From Oligoflexales bacterium (GTDB lineage Bacteria; Bdellovibrionota_B; Oligoflexia; Oligoflexales; CAIYRB01), in contig JBGSUI010000241.1 of NCBI GenBank assembly GCA_041736175.1, positions 1 through 53,400 on the forward strand: DNA of 53,400 nucleotides, written 5' to 3'. The stretch's first letter is position 1. Every line of letters begins with the position of its first letter. Made by a program: the position numbers and the translations under genes. The notes below the pieces were generated by a model that was given only the letters and a program-made list of their open reading frames with translations, was not told the origin of the DNA and searched no databases. This document shows positions 1 through 9,900 of this stretch, piece by piece.

Positions 1-138
1 TGACGGGCAGCCTCCGGCGGGGGATCCAAGGAGCTGACTCTTTATTTTGAATCCCTCATATCAAGGCGCTGAACCTGCCTTACGCCAAATATGGTGAAAC
101 GGAATCCGGTTCATGAGGCATTGGGCATGAAGCGCAAC

Positions 139-1395
139 ACCAGACTTACCGCAGTAGCCCCGTCCAGGTGGGCAGTCTTAGCTCCTGGAGTGAGGTGGCG
201 GCGGGACGCTACCACACCATAGCACACCGCACGGACGGCACCCTATGGGCATGTGGATATAACAATCACGGCCAGCTGGGCCTAGGCGACCTAACTACGC
301 GCAGTAGCCCCGTCCAGGTGGGGACTCTTAGCTCCTGGAGTGAGCTGGCGGGGGGAGGCTTCCACACCATCGCCCGCACCGGCCCAACCCGCTTCACCAT
401 GTGGACTTTCGGCGAAAACGCTTTCGGCCAGCTGGGCCTTGGGGACGGGACTGACCGAAGTAGCCCAGTCCAGGTGGGGAGCTTGAGCAGCTGGAGTGAG
501 GTGGCAGGGGGACTCTACCATACCATGGCCCGCCGCACGGACGGCACCCTCTGGACTTTTGGCCGTAACACTGAGGGCCAGCTGGGTCTTGGCGACCAGA
601 CTTACTGCAGTAGCCCAGTCCAGGTGGGAACTCTTAGCTCCTGGAGTGAGGTAGCGGGGGGAACCTACCACACTGTAGCCCGCCGCAAGGACGGCACCTT
701 ATGGACTTTTGGTTTTAACTCTTACGGCCAACTGGGCCTAGGCGACGGGGCTAACCGCAGTAGCCCAGTCCAGGTGGGTAACTTGAGCTCCTGGAGTGAG
801 CTGGCGGGGGGATACCACACCATGGCCCGCCGCACGGACGGTACCTTATGGACTTTTGGCCGTAACAACTTAGGCCAGCTGGGCCTTGGGGACCTGACTT
901 TCCGCAGTAGCCCAGTCCAGGTGGGAAGTCTTAGCAGCTGGAGTGAGCTGGCGGGGGGATATGCCCACACAGTGTCCCGCCGCACGGACGGCACCTTATG
1001 GGCATGGGGGTATAACACTTACGGCCAGCTGGGCCTAGGGGACGTGACTTGGCGCAGTAGCCCCGTCCAGGTGGGGAGCTTGAGCTCCTGGAGTGAGGTG
1101 GCGGGGGGAGCCAACCACACTATAGCCCGCCGCACGGACGGCACCCTATGGACTTTTGGCCAAAACTCTTATGGCCAGCTGGGCCTAGGCAACGTGGTGA
1201 CTTGGCGCAGTAGCCCCGTCCAGGTGGGCACTCTTAGCAGTTGGAGTGAGGTGGCGGGGGGATACTACCACACCATGGCCCGCCGCACGGACGGCACCCT
1301 ATGGACTTTTGGCCGTAACAACTTAGGCCAGCTGGGCCTAGGGGACACGACTAACCGCAGTAGCCCAGTCCAGGTGGGCACTCTTAGCTCCTGGA
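139..1395 (+). repeat. Tandem array of about 8.5 near-identical 150-bp coding repeats
   Basis: Units start at 399, 549, 699, 846, 996, 1146 and 1299, with about 1.7 units before 399. Recurrent blocks include cgcagtagcccMgtccaggtggg and cgccgcacggacggcacc. Confidence 0.95.
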
Positions 1396-1442
1396 TCAAG
1401 ATCACTGGTAGGGGAAATTTTACAATCACCTTCCGGTCATGA
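168..1442 (+). CDS. RCC1/BLIP-II repeat beta-propeller protein, 5'-truncated; a complete 7-repeat propeller starts at ATG 399
   Basis: 50-aa repeats LWTFGxNxxGQLGLGDxTxRSSPVQVGxLSSWSEVAGGxxHTxARRTDGT match the RCC1 pattern. Repeat homology begins mid-unit at about 139 and there is an in-frame TGA at 114. Confidence 0.85.
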   Translation: MGSLSSWSEVAAGRYHTIAHRTDGTLWACGYNNHGQLGLGDLTTRSSPVQVGTLSSWSELAGGGFHTIARTGPTRFTMWTFGENAFGQLGLGDGTDRSSPVQVGSLSSWSEVAGGLYHTMARRTDGTLWTFGRNTEGQLGLGDQTYCSSPVQVGTLSSWSEVAGGTYHTVARRKDGTLWTFGFNSYGQLGLGDGANRSSPVQVGNLSSWSELAGGYHTMARRTDGTLWTFGRNNLGQLGLGDLTFRSSPVQVGSLSSWSELAGGYAHTVSRRTDGTLWAWGYNTYGQLGLGDVTWRSSPVQVGSLSSWSEVAGGANHTIARRTDGTLWTFGQNSYGQLGLGNVVTWRSSPVQVGTLSSWSEVAGGYYHTMARRTDGTLWTFGRNNLGQLGLGDTTNRSSPVQVGTLSSWIKITGRGNFTITFRS

Positions 1443-1519
1443 TGGAGCCCAGGGGATACCTCCACTTGTTGACGACCAAACGAAAATAGCAATCCACGCA
1501 TAAAATTTGGAATTTTCCG

Positions 1520-1590
1520 TGACCCCTCTGTTCTGGATTCCGTTCCCGTGAGCCCACTGGTTCTTGGGAATTGGAATCTGAGGGGAGTCA
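1520..1590 (+). other. Long imperfect hairpin between the convergent RCC1 and MTAP genes
   Basis: tgacccctc/gaggggagtca, ggattcc/ggaatct, gttccc/gggaat and gagcc/ggttc pair, with G-U wobbles on the + strand. No U-tract. Confidence 0.5.
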
Positions 1591-2484
1591 CTGATTCCAA
1601 TAGGCACCATAAAGCAATTTAAGTTTATCCTTGGTCTCTTGAGGGATCAATGAGGGGTGGGTCATGATGGCATTTTGGGCGGCCCGCAGCTCTTGGCACT
1701 GGGTGGTCTCGGGCAAAGACTGGGCTAGCTGCTGGATGATCCTATGGGCGAGGTCGGTGTTCGCTTTGAGAACTGCTAAGACCGCCTCCACCGTGACATC
1801 AGCCTCAGTTTCGTGCCAGCAGTCATAGTCGGTCGCGAGGGCCAGCATCCCGTAGCAGAGCTCAGCCTCCCGGGCTAACTTAGCCTCGGGGATCGCCGTC
1901 ATGCCGATCACGGCAGGTGCCATGGTTTTACGGTAAAAATCACTTTCGGCCCGGGTAGAAAAAGCAGGTCCCTCCATACAGACATAGATTCCCCCCCCGT
2001 GAACCGTCGCCCCGCACTGCCGCGCAGCAACGATCAAGGTTTGGCGGAGTTCTTCGCAAAAAGGGTCTGCAAAGCTCACATGGCCGACCACACCATTGCC
2101 AAAAAAAGTCGAGGGACGGATCCCTTTGGTCCGGTCAAAGATCTGGTCAGGAACAACCATATCCCCAGGTTTTATCTCCTCCTTCATAATCCCCACCGCA
2201 CTCACCGAAAGGATATGGGTCACCCCTAAGGCTCTCAGTGCATAGATATTGGCCCGGTAGGGCACCTCGCTAGGGGTTAAGCGGTGACCTTGGCCATGGC
2301 GGGCCAAAAAAAAGATCCTGCAACCTGCCACTTCCACTTCCCGCACCGGGTCTGAGGGAGTTCCAAAGGGTGTAGCCATTTTGTGCTCGGCAATCAACCG
2401 GCCATCTGTCATCTGGTAGAGACCGGAGCCCCCAATCACGGCCAGTTTTAATGGGCGTGGCTCCACCTGATAGGTACGACCCAT
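1588..2484 (-). CDS. mtnP: S-methyl-5'-thioadenosine phosphorylase
   Basis: Motifs IGGSGLY, TPFGTPSD, LARHG, EGPAFSTRAES, GMTAIPEAKLAREAE, TDYDCW. Start set at ATG 2484 (SD GGGGAG), downstream of the tex terminator. Confidence 0.93.
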   Translation of the reverse strand: MGRTYQVEPRPLKLAVIGGSGLYQMTDGRLIAEHKMATPFGTPSDPVREVEVAGCRIFFLARHGQGHRLTPSEVPYRANIYALRALGVTHILSVSAVGIMKEEIKPGDMVVPDQIFDRTKGIRPSTFFGNGVVGHVSFADPFCEELRQTLIVAARQCGATVHGGGIYVCMEGPAFSTRAESDFYRKTMAPAVIGMTAIPEAKLAREAELCYGMLALATDYDCWHETEADVTVEAVLAVLKANTDLAHRIIQQLAQSLPETTQCQELRAAQNAIMTHPSLIPQETKDKLKLLYGAYWNQ

Positions 2485-2501
2485 AGAATCAACTCCCCTA
2501 C

Positions 2502-2527
2502 AAAAAAAAGGGGGCGAAACGCCCCCT
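2502..2527 (-). terminator. Intrinsic terminator after tex
   Basis: Stem agggggcg/cgccccct followed by a T-run on the minus strand. Confidence 0.85.
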
Positions 2528-2533
2528 GTGATT

Positions 2534-5119
2534 TTAACCTTTTTTGCCAAATTTGGCCATCAGGTCGTCTACGGTGTAGGACTTTTCCGGAGCCTTTTGC
2601 GGCTTGGGTCCTCGGTGATCTGGCCTACCGCCTCCACCAGAGGGACCTCGCTGACCGCCCGAGCCTCCACCCTGATGCCCATGACCTCCCGAACGCTGCT
2701 GATCACGACCGCCCCGCCCCTGCTGATGGGAACGGTTTTGTTGGTCCTGGGGACCCTGACGGTTCTGCTGATTGGGTCGGTTTGGTTGGTCCTGTTGATG
2801 GGGCGCTCGCTCTCCCATCTTACAGGTCAAACTAATCCTACGCCGGGCGATATCCACGTCGAGAACCTTCACCGACACAATGACGCCCACGGCGACGACT
2901 TCGGAAGGGTCCTTTATAAACTGATCGGAAAGCTCGCTGATATGCACCAACCCGTCCTGGTGAACCCCCACGTCCACAAAGGCTCCAAAGTTAGTCACAT
3001 TGGTCACGGTTCCCTTTAAGACCATTCCTGGCTTGAGGTGTTCGATTTCGGAGATTTCATCAGAGTACATCAGCCGGGCACCGTCTTCCCGTGGGTCACG
3101 ACCTGGCTTGATCAACTCAGCGGCGATATCCCGCAGAGTCGGGAGACCGACCACATTGGTCACATACCGCTCCCAAGGGATGGCTTCGACGATTTCTCGC
3201 TTGCCTATGATCTCTCTCAGATCTTTACCAAGGTCTTTGGCTACGGTTTCGATGATTTCATAGCGCTCGGGATGGACCCCTGAGTCATCGAGGGGGTGAG
3301 ACGCCTGGGGAATCCGGATAAACCCTGCCGCCTGGACAAAGGCTTTAGGGCCAAATCCCGATACATTTTGTAGGTCTTGGCGGGAGGTAAACTTGCCATG
3401 GCTGTTGCGAAAGGCCACGATGTTTTTTGCGAGTCCAGGGCCGACGCCCGACACGTATCCCAAGAGTTTGTAGGATGCGGTGTTTACATTGACTCCGACT
3501 TTGTTTACACAGGATTCCACCACCTCCTCAAGGCTTTTACCCAGTTTAGACGGGTTGACGTCATGCTGGTATTGGCCCACACCTATCGAGCGTGGAGTGA
3601 TCTTGACTAATTCTGCGAGGGGATCTTGGAGACGACGGGCGATACTGACCGCACTGCGAATGGTGGGATCGAGATCTGGAAACTCTTCGCGGGCGATATC
3701 CTCCGTGGAGTATACGGACGCTCCCGCCTCGTTGACGACGATTCGCCGGATGGTTTGGGCATTAAATTCTTTGAGGACTTCTAAAATAAATCGATCGATT
3801 TCACGACTACCGGTGCCGTTACCAATCGCCAGGCAAGTGACTTTGTAGCGGTCCAGAAGTCCCGCTAAAACCATCTTGGCTTCTTTGTTTTTCGGGGTAT
3901 CCTCTTTGCGAAAATCGGGATAAATGGTGGCATGGGCCAACAGTTTGCCAGTCTCATCAACCACTGCAAGTTTAGATCCCGTGCGAATCCCTGGGTCCAC
4001 ACCCATCACGATTTTGCCAGGAATGGGCGGCAAAAGGAGGAGATTTTCTAGGTTTTTAGAAAAGACATTGATCGCTTCGTCTTCCGCCTGGGACTTGATC
4101 ATCATCCGTAACTCCGTCTCGATGGAAGGTCCCATCAGACGGCGGTAGGCATCATCTGTAGTCTTGATCAACCACTGCTTGACCTCGTCACTCGCCACAC
4201 GGTCACCGAGAACCTTAGACCTAAGGTCACCGATGATTTGATCTTCGTCCACTTGGATCGCTACCCTCAGGACTTTTTCAGACTCTCCCCGACGGACCGC
4301 CATGATCCTATGTCCAGGGATTTTGGTCAGGGGTTCTGCGTAGTCAAAGTAGTTTTCGTATTTGGAGGCATCTCCTGCTTTTTTCTTCGTCGAAATCGCT
4401 GGCTCAGATCCTTCCGTCTCGGACTCAGGCTTGGCACCATCGTCTTTCTTTGCACCGGCAGCGCCTTTCACCGCGACGACGGTCTCGATTTTTTTGGCCA
4501 CCAAGGAGCCCGTTTCAAGGCTCAACTTGCGGACGAGGGCCCGGTAGTCTGCTGTCTCGTTGATCCGCTCCGCCAAGATATCAGCAGCGCCCTGCAGCGC
4601 ATCTTCCGGGGTCAGGACTCTGAGCTCTGGAACCACGTCGGTTCGGGCAGGATCTGTCACATACTCTTTGGCCACATCCATAAGGCTCGTCAAGCGGGCT
4701 CTTTCGGCTAAGACCCGTTCAAGCAGCGGTTCCAGTCCCTTTTCCTTTGCAATCATAGCTCGGGTACGACGCTTAGGTTTAAAGGGAAGGTAAAGGTCGT
4801 CCAGCTCCTGGCGGGTGCTACAAGCCTCAAAACGTTTTTTGAGATCTTCAAATTGGCCCTTCAGAGCTGGGTTTTTTTCGCAATGTTCTTGGACCACTTT
4901 AAGGTATTTGACTTTAGCACCCTCGAGATCGGTGAGATATTGGTAACGATCTCTGACATCTCGGATCTGGACTTCGTCCAAACTTCCTGTCATTTCTTTT
5001 CGGTAACGCGCCACAAAGGGTATGGTGCACTCCTCCTCGAAAAGCAGATTGACTGTGCTTAAGACTTGAGCAGGTTTCAGATTGAGCTCAGAGGCAACCT
5101 TTTGGATCAGGTTCAACAT
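2534..5119 (-). CDS. tex: Tex/YhgF transcription accessory protein with C-terminal S1 domain
   Basis: TIPFVARYRKEMTG, DLYLPFKPKRRT, GVDPGIRTGSK, IGNGTGSRE, SIARRLQDPLAELVK, S1 NFGAFVDVGVHQDGLVHISEL. Probable start MLNLIQ at 5119. Q/G/R-rich tail. Confidence 0.95.
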   Translation of the reverse strand: MLNLIQKVASELNLKPAQVLSTVNLLFEEECTIPFVARYRKEMTGSLDEVQIRDVRDRYQYLTDLEGAKVKYLKVVQEHCEKNPALKGQFEDLKKRFEACSTRQELDDLYLPFKPKRRTRAMIAKEKGLEPLLERVLAERARLTSLMDVAKEYVTDPARTDVVPELRVLTPEDALQGAADILAERINETADYRALVRKLSLETGSLVAKKIETVVAVKGAAGAKKDDGAKPESETEGSEPAISTKKKAGDASKYENYFDYAEPLTKIPGHRIMAVRRGESEKVLRVAIQVDEDQIIGDLRSKVLGDRVASDEVKQWLIKTTDDAYRRLMGPSIETELRMMIKSQAEDEAINVFSKNLENLLLLPPIPGKIVMGVDPGIRTGSKLAVVDETGKLLAHATIYPDFRKEDTPKNKEAKMVLAGLLDRYKVTCLAIGNGTGSREIDRFILEVLKEFNAQTIRRIVVNEAGASVYSTEDIAREEFPDLDPTIRSAVSIARRLQDPLAELVKITPRSIGVGQYQHDVNPSKLGKSLEEVVESCVNKVGVNVNTASYKLLGYVSGVGPGLAKNIVAFRNSHGKFTSRQDLQNVSGFGPKAFVQAAGFIRIPQASHPLDDSGVHPERYEIIETVAKDLGKDLREIIGKREIVEAIPWERYVTNVVGLPTLRDIAAELIKPGRDPREDGARLMYSDEISEIEHLKPGMVLKGTVTNVTNFGAFVDVGVHQDGLVHISELSDQFIKDPSEVVAVGVIVSVKVLDVDIARRRISLTCKMGERAPHQQDQPNRPNQQNRQGPQDQQNRSHQQGRGGRDQQRSGGHGHQGGGSGGQRGPSGGGGRPDHRGPKPQKAPEKSYTVDDLMAKFGKKG

Positions 5120-5252
5120 AAACGACTCGCTGATGGAACGTGGTGGATAATGGGCCCAAAGGACAAACAAGGTCTCTAGCTGGGTACCGAGGGCTGATGG
5201 GGCAAGGCCTTAAGACTCCTCGGACCTGACTCACTTGGGCGACGTTTTAGGC

Positions 5253-5669
5253 CTAGCCTATTTCCGTCTCCCGGAAAAAATAGGAGATCTCGATTTTAGC
5301 GTTTTCAGGGCTGTCAGACCCATGGACGGTGTTTTCGCCGATGGACTTTGCAAACTCCTTGCGGATGGTCCCAGGTGCGGCTTTGGCTGGATCCGTAGCA
5401 CCCATGATTTCCCGGTTGCGGCTGATGGCGTTTTCTCCGCGCAGCACCATCAAAACCACGGGGCCAGAGGTCATCATCTGGACCAGCTCCCCAAAGAAGG
5501 GACGGGATTTGTGAACTGCGTAGAAGCCCTCTGCTTCTTTTTGGGAGAGACACTGGCGGCGCATCGCTACGACGCTCAGGCCCTGGGATTCAAATTTACT
5601 AATGATTTTGCCTATCAAATTACGCTGAGTTCCATCTGGCTTAATGATGGAGAGAGTCTGTTCAGTCAC
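5253..5669 (-). CDS. ndk: Nucleoside diphosphate kinase
   Basis: [30 protein letters not shown] with the catalytic His. Confidence 0.97.
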   Translation of the reverse strand: MTEQTLSIIKPDGTQRNLIGKIISKFESQGLSVVAMRRQCLSQKEAEGFYAVHKSRPFFGELVQMMTSGPVVLMVLRGENAISRNREIMGATDPAKAAPGTIRKEFAKSIGENTVHGSDSPENAKIEISYFFRETEIG

Positions 5670-5841
5670 CGGTTCATCCTCCTACAGAGATTGTCTTAAA
5701 TTCCGATCGAGCCAGGATTCTACTTCTTTGGCTTGATTTGGCAAGTCTACGATGCATCCCAGCTAGCTCAAAGGTGGGACCATGGGTTATAATGGAAAGG
5801 CGCAAAGTCCCACCCCTCGCCCACTGCTATGTGGAACCTCG

Positions 5842-6714
5842 ATGCACCATCCCCCTTGGTCCAAAGACCGTAAATTTAAAATATTACTTTATATTGTCGG
5901 CATATTGGACCTCGTTAGCCTCTCGCCGCTGCAGAGTGTTTCGATGGCAAAGACTTCGCTCCAAGACGCCTATGAGGGGACCATCAGTCCTCCGCTAAGT
6001 GCACAGGCACAACGCCCGTTACGGCTTGCAGGTGCAAAAAAAAATGGGAAATCTAAGGTTGCTAAAAAGAAAACCAAATCCACTAAAATCGATGATTTTG
6101 GACCGATGGATGTAGCTCCGGTCTCCCGCCAAACGGCCGATATCGGGATCGGCGTCCACCGCGAACAAGAGGGCGTGGACCGGCCCTATTCCGTCGAGAT
6201 CGCAGGCAACTCCATCATATCCTCCCTTAAAAAGGACGATAGCCTCGGCGATTCTACTTCGGGAACCCTCGTGGACACCATCGTTGAGGCTACTATGGTG
6301 ACCGGTTTTCTTCAGGTAGGTCTAGAAATCCAATACAAATCTCTGGATGAATCAACGGCTGCCAAACCTAATGCAACCCCACCTACGGAAGCTACTCGCC
6401 TTAGCGAAGTCAAGCTTGGGGGTGGGCCCGTGGTCAAGGCCAATTTTGGCTCCCTCGACACAAGTCTTAATGTTCCTTTTGTTTATGGAGGGATTTCCTA
6501 TCTTATCGACGAAATCAAACCCTCTAAAGGACAAAATCGCTACTATTCGGGAAACACCATGAGACTGGGGGGAGGAGTTCACCTTTTTCTCGATAGCAAT
6601 GTCACGTTTGCTCCAAAAATCGAATATTTCAATGAAACCCTCAATGGCAGTGGTAGTCAAAAGATTACCCGTAAAGGCCCTCGGGCGTTGTTTCAGTTTG
6701 CTCTCTTTTTGTAG
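5842..6714 (+). CDS. Hypothetical exported protein, probable outer-membrane beta-barrel
   Basis: Hydrophobic N-terminal segment, Lys-rich linker, amphipathic strands (VPFVYGGISY, RLGGGVHLF, C-terminal FQFALFL). Start uncertain (5782 or 5842). Confidence 0.55.
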   Translation: MHHPPWSKDRKFKILLYIVGILDLVSLSPLQSVSMAKTSLQDAYEGTISPPLSAQAQRPLRLAGAKKNGKSKVAKKKTKSTKIDDFGPMDVAPVSRQTADIGIGVHREQEGVDRPYSVEIAGNSIISSLKKDDSLGDSTSGTLVDTIVEATMVTGFLQVGLEIQYKSLDESTAAKPNATPPTEATRLSEVKLGGGPVVKANFGSLDTSLNVPFVYGGISYLIDEIKPSKGQNRYYSGNTMRLGGGVHLFLDSNVTFAPKIEYFNETLNGSGSQKITRKGPRALFQFALFL

Positions 6715-6957
6715 CAATTTAACCCATAATCTTTCTTGGGGTTCGAAGCTGCTATAGAACCTCATTCTTTCTAATTTATCCCTCTGATTTAAATAATCAA
6801 TAAATTATTTTAAACAAAACCCTAAATTCGCGGGTCGATCCTACCGTTAAACTGGGTGGATCTCTTGTTCTACCTGTGAGCGTGGTTTTGTAGACCTTTC
6901 CAAAATTTAGAGAAATGAGGAATTTTAAAATGGATTCCCCTTGAAAGGACTACCGAG

Positions 6958-9900
6958 GTGTTAAAGCTAAATTTCAAACTACCAACGATAAACCCAATCC
7001 TATTGGGTCTCGGTCTCCTCTTGATCCACGCATGCTCCGGTGGAGGGGGAGGTGGAAACGATACGACCCCCACTGAAGAAGAGGGAACGATAACCGGGGG
7101 GGTCCAGTCGGGTGGAAATCTGCCAAATGGGGGGGGTGGAAAACAAACCTCGGTAAAACCCTTGGGTACCTTAACCAAAACCAGTGGTAGCACTGGGACT
7201 GCGACGTCAACCAGTGCCAAAACGGGTACCGACACCGCTACCACCACACAGGTCAGTGATCCACTCAAATCAAAGATTATTTATACCGGTCCTGAAACTC
7301 TCAAGGCAGGCAGTCCCATCACCTTGAGTTTTAAGGGGCTCACTGATAAAGGCGAAGACATCAACCAAGGGGGCGAAGAGATCAGCTTCACCGTGGTCTC
7401 TGGGTCCGGAGGCGGAGAGTTTGGTCCCGTCGAGGACCACGGGGATGGAACCTACTCGGCACATTTTATGCCGCAAAAAGCTGGAAATGGAGTGGTCCTC
7501 GGAGCCAAAATCGGCAAAGCACTCGTCCAAGAGACCACGATTGCCTTAAGCATCTCTCCTGGTGACATCGACCTGGCTCGATCTCTAACCACAGTTGAAC
7601 GTGTAGATCTCCCTGGCGGGACATCAACAAACGTAAGTTTTGTCGCCAAAGATGCCTGGGGCAACTCAATCGGCGTCGGCAAAGCAAGTCCGGTGTTCAC
7701 CCTCGCAGACGGTACCTCAACGGGGACCTTTGCCAGTGTCCAGGATCTCAATAACGGTAGCTACAAGACGACTCTTTTGGGCTTGAAAGCTGGGACTCCA
7801 ACCGCTATCGTCGTCCAAGTGGGCGTGGCATCCTCCCCTCTCCCATCGAGCCCCCGCATCCGGGTTATCCCTGGCACCCTTTCCGTGGCCCATTCCACCC
7901 TTTCGGTGGCAGGGAATGTGACAGAACTAGCATCTGGGTCGATCATCTCCCTGACTCTCACCGCCAAAGATGCGGGAGGAAACCCCCTCACCAAAGGCGG
8001 AGCAAACGTTTCCTGGTCCCTCAGCAGCGGGGCAGGCATCAGTACGGGACAGTTGGCTAACCTCAATGACAACAACGACGGGACCTACACTGCATCCCTC
8101 TCGGGACAAAACGTCGGCACCCCGATGACAATCAATGCTCAGGTCAACGGAGTGGCCCTCACCACCACATCACCTACCCTGCGGGTCATCCCTGGGACTC
8201 TCTCCCTCGCAAATTCCACCGTCCAAACGATCGGCGGCACGACGGTCCTCGCAGCAGGATCACAAGCCACGGTGCAAGTCACCCTTAAGGACCTTGCAGG
8301 AAATATCATCACCACCCCTGGCCAAGCTTATGCGGTATCTCTAGCATTGACCAGCGGAACAAGTACAGGAGCCTTTCAGCCCGCGACCATGACATCCCCG
8401 GGAATTTATCAGGGCATCCTCACCGGGGAGTTAGCAGGATCATCTTCCCAGGTAACTGCGACGGTTGATGGTCTAGCCTTGACGTCCCCTTCCCCTAGCA
8501 TCCAAGTGGAGCCAGGCCCCCTCAGTCTTTCCCAATCCACCCTTCAGCTTGCTGCGGGCTCGGTTGCTTCTGGAAGTAGCACCAATATCACCCTGACCCT
8601 TAAAGACTCCTACGGCAACACCGTTGCCGACAGTAGCCAAAGTGTTAGTTTTGAAACCTTTGGCCCGGGAACCAGCACCGTCACCATCGATAGTCCGGTT
8701 TACATGGGCTCCGGATCTTACCAAACAAGCCTTACAGGAGTCCTTGCAGGATCGGCGACTTCCCTCAGGGCGCGGATCGGCGGACTGCCAACGACGAGTT
8801 CGGCACCAACGATCGCCGTCAACCCAGGTCCCGTCAGCTTGAGCCAGTCCTCCCTTGTGGTCCAGGGGAGTCCCGCAACCATCGATTCCGGGTCATCCGC
8901 AAACCTAACCTTGACCCTCAAAGATGCAGCCGGAAACCAACTCACGACTGGTGGAGCGACCGCCAGCTTTTCCCTTGCAAGTGGGAATAGTACTGGAGTT
9001 TTTGGCACCGTCACCGACGGGAGTGATGGCACTTATACCACGGTTTTTACGGGCCAAGGAGCTGGTACAGCAACCAGTCTCGTCGCATCAGTGGGTGGAC
9101 AGCCTTTGACCAGTCCAGCACCGAGTCTGACCGTCCTACCAGGCCCCCCATCCCTTGCGACCTCCGTGGTCACACTCGCCGGATCTCAGACGTCTGTAGC
9201 CTCAGGATCCTCGATCACGGCGACTCTTCAAGTACGGGACGCTTTTGGCAACCCCCTCACCTCTGGGGGCCTAGCAGTCTCCTTTGGGTCCTCTGGCGGA
9301 ACCAGCACCGTCCAATGGGGCAGTGTCTCCGATTTAAACGACGGCACCTACTCCGTTTCGATCACTGGTGTGCTCAAAGGAACACCCCTCGCTGTGATCG
9401 GCCGGATCGCAGGCTCCCCCGTTACCACGACGGCCCCCCAGCTTGCCGTGACCCAAGGGCCCCTGTCCTTAGGGACCTCGACCACTGGAATTTCCATATC
9501 GACCATCATCTCAGGACAAACCACCACACTCACCCTAACTACCCGCGACGCCGCTGGAAATCCCTTTAGCACCGGTGGCTTTACCGTAGGCTTTAGCCTC
9601 GCTGGAGGCTCATCAGGAGGCTCCTTTGCCCCTGTCATAGACCACGGCAACGGTACTTACTCCTCGGTCATGACAGGCACGGCAGCAGGCTCCCTGACAA
9701 CCGTCCAGACGTCCATCAATGGCAGCCTTGCAACGACTCCTGGGCCAACCATCACCGTGGTCCCAGCAGGACCGGATGCAGCCCAATCGACCAGCTCCCT
9801 AAGCCCCTCTACGATTGCCTCTGGTTCTCAAGCAACCCTTACCGTGATTCTGCGGGATGCCTCGGGTAACCAACTGCCCTCTGGTGGAGAAACCGTCACA

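Noticed and set aside
139..1395. RCC1 array as a CRISPR array
   Set aside because: Units are 150 nt, in frame and protein-coding; the variable parts are single codons, not spacers; no cas genes.
1..1590. A complete DGR locus
   Set aside because: No reverse transcriptase, avd or non-coding template repeat in the window; kept only as a hypothesis.
6823..6850. sigma28 promoter for the giant adhesin (TAAA...ACCGTTAA)
   Set aside because: Spacer one base too long and mismatched -10. The similar site at 45498-45524 is also too weak to call.
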